From: Thermovirgaceae bacterium
GTDB taxonomy: Bacteria > Synergistota > Synergistia > Synergistales > Thermovirgaceae
Reading direction: 5' to 3'
Assembly (NCBI GenBank): GCA_046542505.1
Contig: JBKHBH010000049.1
Coordinates: 1 to 14,354 of the forward strand
DNA: 14,354 nt
A model generated the notes under the pieces. The model saw only the letters and a program-made list of their open reading frames with translations. It made no database searches and was not told where the DNA came from. Shown piece after piece: positions 1-6,722 of the stretch (position 1 is the stretch's first letter; each line of letters opens with the position of its first letter). The translations under genes were made by a program, and so were the position numbers.

Positions 1-19
1 AAGACAAAGGAGTTTCGAA

Positions 20-1171
20 TTGAATAAAATCCGGCGCCTTTTAATCAAGCTCATCGCGGGAAATTTCGGCATCATGTCCTTCGGGAATATTTACTTTCTG
101 CTGGCGCTGTACATGGAAAGTTATGGCATTGATGATCCGGAAACCATAGGATGGATTCTTTCCGCCTATTTCGCGGCCTCCACGCTTTCCCGTCCGTTCG
201 TAGGATGGATCGTCGAAAGATTCTCTTTCAAACCTGTTCTCGTCGCCGCCTCCCTTGCGTGTATTGCCAGCGGAGCGGGTGTCGCCTTTTCCGGCCCGTC
301 GGTACCGTTCATACTCTTTTTCAGGGCCGTCACCGGGCTTGCCTCAAGCCTGTTTATCGTGTCGCTGACAACGTACCAGACATTGGCCGTTCCGGAAGAA
401 GTAAGGGGGTCATCCTTTACACTGGTTACGGCGGGGACCATAGCGCCCCTTGTCACGGTAGTTCCCATCGCGGAATGGCTTCTCAAGACGGGAAGGGCGG
501 GAATGTACATCTGGCTTCCCATTTTTCCCTCACTGTTGTGCCTTTTCGTCGCGTTGTCACTCCGCACTTCTGACGGTTCATTCAGCATGCGGCGTGACTG
601 GGGGTCCTATGGCGAGGTCTTCCGGAACAAGGCGCTCCGGATTCTCTTTTTTTCTGTAGTTTTTTTCGCGATAACCGATGCCGCCATAGTCTCCTTTGCC
701 GGACTTGCCCTCGAAAAAGGACTTGTTGCCTCTTCGTTTATCTCTGCACAGGCTTTGACCGCCGTATTGATACGACTTTTCGGATACAGGCTCATGGACG
801 TCATGCCGAGAACAAGGCTTGCGGCCCTGTCGTTCAGTATTACGGCGGGATGCCTGTTCGGGGCCACCTTTGCCAAAAGCAACGCCGCCTTTGTCTTATG
901 GGGCGTATTATTCGGTATCGCCATGGGTTACGGATTTCCAATGCATCTTTCGCTGATAGGGGATGCGGTTGTTGACAAACTCAGACCAAAGGCAACGTCG
1001 ATGGTCTGGTTTCTCATGGCGGGATGCTTTTTTCTGTCCCCTGTCATAACAGGATACCTGGCCAGATGGCTTTCTTTTGCTGCAGCATACAGGATAATCA
1101 TGGGGTGTATCCTTGCGGCCGCTCCTCTGATGCACCGCCAGTTCCTGAAGCATTTTCCCAAAGATTCGTAA
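20..1171 (+). CDS. MFS transporter, substrate unknown
   Basis: 383-aa hydrophobic ORF with about 12 TM segments; MFS motif-A-like GWIVERFSFK after TM2 and YRLMDVMPR after TM8; TTG start with AAGGAG at 7-12. Confidence 0.85.
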   Translation: MNKIRRLLIKLIAGNFGIMSFGNIYFLLALYMESYGIDDPETIGWILSAYFAASTLSRPFVGWIVERFSFKPVLVAASLACIASGAGVAFSGPSVPFILFFRAVTGLASSLFIVSLTTYQTLAVPEEVRGSSFTLVTAGTIAPLVTVVPIAEWLLKTGRAGMYIWLPIFPSLLCLFVALSLRTSDGSFSMRRDWGSYGEVFRNKALRILFFSVVFFAITDAAIVSFAGLALEKGLVASSFISAQALTAVLIRLFGYRLMDVMPRTRLAALSFSITAGCLFGATFAKSNAAFVLWGVLFGIAMGYGFPMHLSLIGDAVVDKLRPKATSMVWFLMAGCFFLSPVITGYLARWLSFAAAYRIIMGCILAAAPLMHRQFLKHFPKDS

Positions 1172-1216
1172 GCAGGCGACACAGGAAAGAAGCACCAGCA
1201 AGAGGAGGGAAGAAAA

Positions 1217-1719
1217 ATGAAAGCAGGCAGTTGCAGAAGGATGCCGGAGGGCGGTTTTGCTTTTTGCGCGTTGGTGATTGCCCTTATGATTATGTTGCTT
1301 TCTTTTCACCCTGCGTTTGCCAAGGCAGCGAAACCGCAAAAGAGTTTTTCCATACTCAGGATAACGGAAATAAGCGTCAGGGGATCAAAATTGCGTATAC
1401 GCGGAGAAACGGACCTTCCGAAAGGATCCTTCCTGCACCTCAGGCTGAATGAGGGTATGGAGTTACTCGATGAAAAAAAGGCGGTAAAGGCGTAAAGATT
1501 CATGTAAACAGCCATTTCTTTTTTATCCAGGTGGACCTTCCAAAAGAGGGAAAAGAGGGGGAGAAAATTTTCAGGTTCAGCCTCCGCTTTGACCCGTCCG
1601 GCCAGCAAGAGAAGGTAAAAAAGAGAGTGGGGCCGAAGGGGGAGAATCTGGCAGGCAAATCCGTCGTGGAAAAAGATGGTGTCAGGATCCTGCATTTCCA
1701 AAAGTTTGTGCTGCTTTAG
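1217..1719 (+). CDS. Exported hypothetical protein interrupted by a -1 frameshift at 1474-1480 (about 167 aa when joined)
   Basis: SD (GAGGAGG) before ATG 1217; signal peptide ending AFA/AKA; frame 0 stops at 1495, but the -1 frame is open from the A7 run (GGKGVKIHVNSHFFFIQVDLP...) through ORF 1531..1719. Confidence 0.6.
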
Positions 1720-1735
1720 AAGACCGATGGAGTGG

Positions 1736-2941
1736 TCAGCGGCATCGGTCCAGTTCCAGGAGGTCTTCAAGAGAGACGGCCAGATAGAGGCTGAAAGCGT
1801 CGCGGAAATTTTTCAGGTCCCTGCCTGTGATGTTCCGGATTTTTTCTATCCGGTAGCGAAGGGTATTCCTGTGTATATTCAGCCCGTCAGCTACTATACC
1901 TGGCCTGCAGGGATTGTCTTTCCAGGCGTTGATTGTGTCCCTGATGGCCTCCCAGTCCGGAAGGCTTTTCAGGTTGCCGATCTCTCTGGATGTAAAGGAT
2001 TTACACCTCCTGATGTTTACAGACAAAAGGAGTTCCTCCAGACGAAAGTCTGAGATTTTGAAAAGACCGGGTAGTTTCATTTGTTTTTTGCCGATCATCA
2101 GGGCATTCCAGGCTTCGCAATAGGAAAGGTGCAACGTTTCGGCCTTGCGCGAAAGACTTCCGGAACCCATGGAGACAGTACCCCCGAGTTCTGTGAGTTT
2201 GCGTCGCAAAAGCTGGTAGGTGTCTTCCAATTCTCCCTGCAAGGTGTTTTCATCATCCAACCCTTTAAAAGTAACTTTTTTGAGAATAGTGAATCTGCCG
2301 TCACCGGATTCGGCGCAAAGATCCTGTCTGTCAGTGAAAACGGACCGAATCACTGCCAGGGTTTCGATCCTGAGAGGGCTGTAGGGAAAGTACTCATGCA
2401 ACGCCTGTTCTCCGGATCCCGGAATTTCCCGAAAAATATCGAGGGCAATGCCTATCCTGGGGCATTCGAGGTCAAACCCAAGTTCGCGCCCACGGGCGAC
2501 GAGAAGGGATATATCCTGCTGGTCCGGATCAAAGGAGGCTATTTCCAGGACAAGATCTTCAAGTGCTCTCTCTCTGGCAAGAGAGGATTCGGTGATTATT
2601 TGCTCCCGGAGAAAAATCTCTGCGTGTTTTTCGACGAGTTGCCCAAAGGGAGCTACTTCCTTGTGGTTCCCTGCGATAGCAATGGACCCGATAACTTTCC
2701 CGGACAATGAAATTGGAAGAGTTACACCGGGCCTGACATCAGGAAATAAGGAAGCCGTTTTTTCGTCGGTAAAAACCTCCCGGCGGCGCGACATGCAGTC
2801 AAGAGACGGCGCGTGAAGGGTGCCCATTCTGGATTGGTCGTTGGTTCCAATAACGATTCCGGCTTCGTTGGTAATGAGAACGTCATACCCAATGATTTTA
2901 TGAGTTGCCTCGCAAATCTTCTGTGCAAATCTCTCAAGCAT
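1736..2941 (-). CDS. CdaR/PucR-family transcriptional regulator (sugar-diacid recognition N-domain, GGDEF-like middle, C-terminal HTH)
   Basis: N-terminal FAQKICEATHKIIGYDVLITNEAGIVIGT..RMGTLH and PGVTLPI..GKVIGSIAIAG; C-terminal ADGLNIHRNTLRYRIEKIRNITGRD. Start moved to ATG 2941 because of the AAGGAG SD just upstream on the minus strand. Confidence 0.9.
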   Translation of the reverse strand: MLERFAQKICEATHKIIGYDVLITNEAGIVIGTNDQSRMGTLHAPSLDCMSRRREVFTDEKTASLFPDVRPGVTLPISLSGKVIGSIAIAGNHKEVAPFGQLVEKHAEIFLREQIITESSLARERALEDLVLEIASFDPDQQDISLLVARGRELGFDLECPRIGIALDIFREIPGSGEQALHEYFPYSPLRIETLAVIRSVFTDRQDLCAESGDGRFTILKKVTFKGLDDENTLQGELEDTYQLLRRKLTELGGTVSMGSGSLSRKAETLHLSYCEAWNALMIGKKQMKLPGLFKISDFRLEELLLSVNIRRCKSFTSREIGNLKSLPDWEAIRDTINAWKDNPCRPGIVADGLNIHRNTLRYRIEKIRNITGRDLKNFRDAFSLYLAVSLEDLLELDRCR

Positions 2942-3032
2942 TGCTAATCTCTCCTTTTTCGAATAAAACCATTTCGATGGCAAAAACGGCAAATACAGGT
3001 ACGTAGCAAAATTATTTCATACCATCAGGAAA

Positions 3033-3046
3033 TGTGCAATTGTACA
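3033..3046. promoter_or_regulatory. Candidate operator for the CdaR-type regulator
   Basis: Near-perfect palindrome TGTGCAATTGTACA in the divergent intergenic region, upstream of TATACT (3113-3118), which has no good -35. Confidence 0.4.
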
Positions 3047-3182
3047 AAACAAACTGTCCAAAGGCAGCGTTATTTCTTTCTTTTCGACATGAGGATTTGC
3101 AGGGTGATTGCTTATACTGAATCTTGGGTAAAACCCTTTGAAATGGTTTCCCGACGTGTAGGTTATGAAAGGGGGCATTCCG

Positions 3183-4469
3183 GTGCGACTCGAATTGAAA
3201 GACGTCTTGGTAAAAGACGTGCAGTGGGGTGAACAAACGGGTATTGAAAAGGGCGTCCTTCGGATAAACCGCGAAGAGGCGATTGCGTTTGTATCGGATG
3301 ATCCGAGGCTTGGAGAAATCGGTCTTGACCTGGCAAAGCCTGGTGAGAGTGTCCGGATCATTCCGGTCAAGGATGTAATCGAACCGAGATGCAAGGTAGA
3401 AGGTTCGGGTGAAGTATTTCCGGGATTTGTAGGGGAGACTCGTACTGTAGGAGAAGGAGCGACTCTGGTGCTGAAAGGTGCGGCAGTTGTTACGTGCGGA
3501 CCGATCGTCGCTTTTCAGGAAGGCCTGATCGATATGAGCGGCCCGGGTGCGGAATACAATCCTTTCTCTCAGACGAACAATGTCGTCCTTACCGTCAATC
3601 CTCCAGAAGACCTTGAAAAACATGCCTATGAAGAAGCCGTCAGGATAGCAGGCATTCGTCTTGCCTGGTATATCGCCGACAAATGCCGTGACGTGAAACC
3701 GGACGGAACCAGAATTTTTGAGAAAGGAAGCATTCCCGAAGAGAACGAGAAGTATCCCGGTCTTCCGAAGATCGCATACTTCTGCATGTCCATAACCCAG
3801 GGACTGCTTCACGATACGTTCCTGTACGGCGTAGACATGAAGCATACGGTGCCGACGCTGATCCATCCCAACGAGAAAATGGACGGTGCCATGGTTTCGG
3901 GCAACTGCGTTTCCGCCTGTGACAAAAACACCACATACTATCATCTGAATGATCCGATCGTCATGGAGCTTTACAGCAGACATGGAAAGGATCTCAACTT
4001 CCTGGGTGTAATCCCGACACCTGAGGACACGAGGCTGGCCGGCAAGGAACGTGCCACGTCCTACAACGCAAACCTTGCAAGAATGCTTGGTGCCGACGGT
4101 GTTGTCATCTCCGAGGAAGGCTATGGCAACCCGGATACGGATCTTTGCATGAATGCAAAAAAATGCGAAGATCTCGGGATACGGACGGTTGTCATTTCCG
4201 ATGAAGCCGCAGGAACAGACGGGAAAAGCCAGGGCCTTGCGGATGCGACACCGGAAATGACCGCTTTTGTTTCAGCAGGCAACGTAAACGAAATGGTAGA
4301 ATTGCCGGCCATGGAAAAGGTCATAGGCTATCCGGAAGCGATAGAAAATCTGTCAGGTGGCGCTGAAGAGAGCCTCAAGGCTGATGGATCATTGCATGTA
4401 GAACTGCAGGCCATCATCGGATCGACGAACGAGCTCGGGTTCAGCCGGATCGGTGCCAGGTGGATCTAG
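3183..4469 (+). CDS. grdE: Glycine/sarcosine/betaine reductase component B alpha/beta proprotein (GrdE family)
   Basis: MRLEL..VKDVQWG start; motifs PGESVRIIPVKDVIEPR, FQEGLIDMSGPGAEY, SGNCVSACDKNTTY, SEEGYGNPDTDL. GTG start at 3183 after AAGGGGG. Substrate-specific paralogue (grdE vs grdG) not determinable. Confidence 0.93.
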   Translation: MRLELKDVLVKDVQWGEQTGIEKGVLRINREEAIAFVSDDPRLGEIGLDLAKPGESVRIIPVKDVIEPRCKVEGSGEVFPGFVGETRTVGEGATLVLKGAAVVTCGPIVAFQEGLIDMSGPGAEYNPFSQTNNVVLTVNPPEDLEKHAYEEAVRIAGIRLAWYIADKCRDVKPDGTRIFEKGSIPEENEKYPGLPKIAYFCMSITQGLLHDTFLYGVDMKHTVPTLIHPNEKMDGAMVSGNCVSACDKNTTYYHLNDPIVMELYSRHGKDLNFLGVIPTPEDTRLAGKERATSYNANLARMLGADGVVISEEGYGNPDTDLCMNAKKCEDLGIRTVVISDEAAGTDGKSQGLADATPEMTAFVSAGNVNEMVELPAMEKVIGYPEAIENLSGGAEESLKADGSLHVELQAIIGSTNELGFSRIGARWI

Positions 4470-4482
4470 GGAGGTGATCGGT

Positions 4483-5793
4483 ATGACGTTGAAAGTTGTG
4501 TGTTATATAAATCAGTTTTTTGCCGGCCTTGGTGGAGAAGAAACGGCTCATACGGGACCTTCCCTCGAAAGAAAAGCTGTCGGACCTGCGATGCAGATAG
4601 GTCTGCTGCTTGGAGAAGAAGCGGAAATAGTGGGAACGGTTATCTGCGGCGACAGCTATTACGGGGAACACACTGATGAAGCGAGAGCGCAGTGCCTTGA
4701 ATACATCAAGGAACTGAAGCCGGACCTGTTTTTTGCGGGGCCCGCATTCAACGCCGGACGCTATGGAGTAGCCTGCGGGGACATCAGCGCGGCCGTTGCG
4801 GAAAAACTCGGAATTCCGGGTGTAACAGGCATGTATTCCGAGAATCCGGGTGTCGAGCTTTACAGCCCGAAAACCTATATCGTGAAAACCGCGGACAGCG
4901 CGAGGGGAATGAAGCAGGCCCTTCCAAAGATGGTGGAACTTGGGAAGAAACTTGTTTCAAAAGAACCGATGAGAACGGCGGAAGAAGAAGGCTACTTTTC
5001 AAGAGGGATCAGGAAAAACTTTTTCCATGAAAAGAACGGGGCGCAAAGGGCTGTGGACATGCTTCTTTCGAAAATCCGGGGGGACGAGTTCCAGACCGAG
5101 TACGAGATGCCCGTCTTCAAGCGCATCCCGCCTGCGAAACGGGTCAAAGATCTCTCAAAGGCGACCATCGCCCTGGTTTCCTCCGGCGGAGTTGTGCCCA
5201 AAGGCAACCCTGACAGGATCAGGGTTTCCTCGGCTGAATCTTACGGCAAATATGATGTCTCGGGTGTCGACGACTTGACCCCGGAGCTCTTCGAATCTGT
5301 TCACGGTGGATATGATCGCGTCTGGGCAAACGAAGACCCCGATGTGGTGCTTCCGCTCGATGTAATGCGCGAAATGGAAAAAGAAGGTGTGTTCGGAAAG
5401 CTCTACGATTATGTCTTCACTACCACGGGAACAGGAACGGCTGTTGCGAACGCCGAGCGCTTCGGGCAGGAAATCGGGGAACAACTCAAAAATGACGGTG
5501 TCGATGCCGCCATCCTGACTTCAACCTGAGGCACCTGCACTCGATGCGGCGCATCGATGGTCAGGGAAATAGAGGCAACAGCAGGCATACCTGTCGTACA
5601 GATCGCGACCATAGTGCCGATCATGGTGACCGTGGGGGCGAACCGGATCGTTCCGGGTATCGCCATTCCGCACCCGACAGGAGACCCGGCCAAAGGCAAG
5701 GAAGCAGACAAGGCCGCGCGAAGGGAACTCGTGGAACGGGCCTTTGAGGCCATGCAGACAGATATTTCGGACCAGACGATTTTCAAAAAATGA
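4483..5793 (+). CDS. grdB: Glycine/sarcosine/betaine reductase selenoprotein B (GrdB family), 436 aa, Sec at codon 349 (UGA 5527-5529)
   Basis: YINQFFAGLGGEE, GPAFNAGRYG and HGGYD motifs; in-frame LTST-U-GTCTRCGASM joins ORFs 4453..5529 and 5557..5793 (same frame); GGAGGTG SD before ATG 4483. Confidence 0.95.
5527..5565 (+). promoter_or_regulatory. Bacterial SECIS element
   Basis: UGA, 11-nt spacer, then perfect stem TCGATGC (5541-47) / GCATCGA (5551-57) with G-leading apical loop GGC; lower stem CCTG (5534-37) / CAGG (5562-65). Confidence 0.85.
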
Positions 5794-5823
5794 TCGTCGG
5801 TCTTTTTAGCAAAAGCGCGGGGA

Positions 5824-5864
5824 ATACACGAAGGGGAAGAGTTATGCTCTTCCCCTTCGTGTAT
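5824..5864. terminator. 18-bp perfect hairpin after grdB (terminator or mRNA-stabilising stem)
   Basis: ATACACGAAGGGGAAGAG-ttatg-CTCTTCCCCTTCGTGTAT; no clear U-tract. Confidence 0.6.
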
Positions 5865-5933
5865 GATGATGCAAGACAGGGTAATTACAATCGGGAGACA
5901 CCGCTTTTTTTACGACAAGGAGGAGTGGATTTT

Positions 5934-6311
5934 GTGAACAGCAAGGTTTTTTTAACCAACAACCCCCTGGTTAGGGAAACATTTCCTGCGAAAGCCGAAT
6001 ATATCGAAACGACAACACTTAGCCTGCTCGAAAAAGCCATGGAGTATGTTTTGGCCGGGTGGCAGCTTGTTCTTGGGCCCTTACCTCCGAATGTCGCGTT
6101 GATCAAAAGCCCCTACAGAACGCTTGTAATAGAGAGGGGTAAATCGGAGGAAGTGTCGGCAAAGGATGTCATGCTCCTGGAAAAGGTCATCGGGAAGACC
6201 CGCGACCTTGGAACGAGGGAAATATCCGGAGAAAGCGAAAAGCTGCACAAAGATTACGCGTACATGGACCTGGATCATTTGCGAAACGCCCTGGGGGAAG
6301 ATTGCCGATAA
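5934..6311 (+). CDS. grdX: GrdX-family protein
   Basis: Family-like LTNNPLV, GWQLVLGPL..N...SPYRTLVI and C-terminal DYAYMDL; adjacent to grdB; AGGAGG (5918-23) before GTG 5934. Confidence 0.8.
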   Translation: MNSKVFLTNNPLVRETFPAKAEYIETTTLSLLEKAMEYVLAGWQLVLGPLPPNVALIKSPYRTLVIERGKSEEVSAKDVMLLEKVIGKTRDLGTREISGESEKLHKDYAYMDLDHLRNALGEDCR

Positions 6312-6346
6312 TACCATATGGTAAGACGATGGCCGCTGCAAAGGGT

Positions 6347-6722
6347 GAAAGCGGAAGGGGTGTACCGTTAAAAAGAAAGGGGTTTTGGCCCGGTGCTCCG
6401 GTTGCATGAAAAGATCAAAACAAGGATGAAAAATAACCCCGAGACCGGGGTTTCCCGGTGGAACGGAAAGTGGCTGGATGGTCACCTTTCGAAAGAAGCA
6501 GTCAAATTCGATACGGAGGTATTATGGGAAGGCGGTTTCACTGTTTTTCCCCAAAGAAGAGAGACCATCCAGTCCTCTCATCCATCTGTCGGGATCGCCG
6601 CCGCGGGCGGTGAGCATCACGGCATCAGTGTTCCCGGGAAACTCACTTTTGTTGACGAATTTCCACACTCGGGCAGCGGGAAAGTCTTTTGCAGGGTCCC
6701 GCGGGAAAGGCATGACAAATGA
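6347..6722 (+). pseudogene. Probable decayed C-terminal fragment of an AMP-forming acyl-CoA ligase (ANL superfamily)
   Basis: Colinear degenerate motifs over three frames: ESGRGVPLKRKG / VLARCSGCMK / NNPETGVSRWNGKWLDGHL..FDTE / VPGKLTFVDEFPHSGSGKVFCRVPRE. Confidence 0.5.

Noticed and set aside
3098..3112. Sigma54-like promoter TTGCAGGGTGATTGC
   Set aside because: Lacks the invariant -24 GG, and the adjacent regulator has no AAA+ enhancer-binding domain.
3012..3983. 323-aa minus-strand ORF
   Set aside because: Antisense shadow of the GrdE-family gene; no recognisable motifs.
4453..5793. Two separate ORFs or a nonsense pseudogene (4453..5529 and 5557..5793)
   Set aside because: Same frame, UGA at the conserved Sec position and a SECIS present: one selenoprotein.
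6524..6613. 29-codon ORF after GGAGGT
   Set aside because: SD spacing is only 3 nt, the peptide is featureless, and the region is better explained as a ligase remnant.
6312..6718. Possible riboswitch (e.g. c-di-GMP or glycine) upstream of the BcsB-like gene
   Set aside because: No conserved aptamer motifs recognised by eye; an Rfam scan would settle it.
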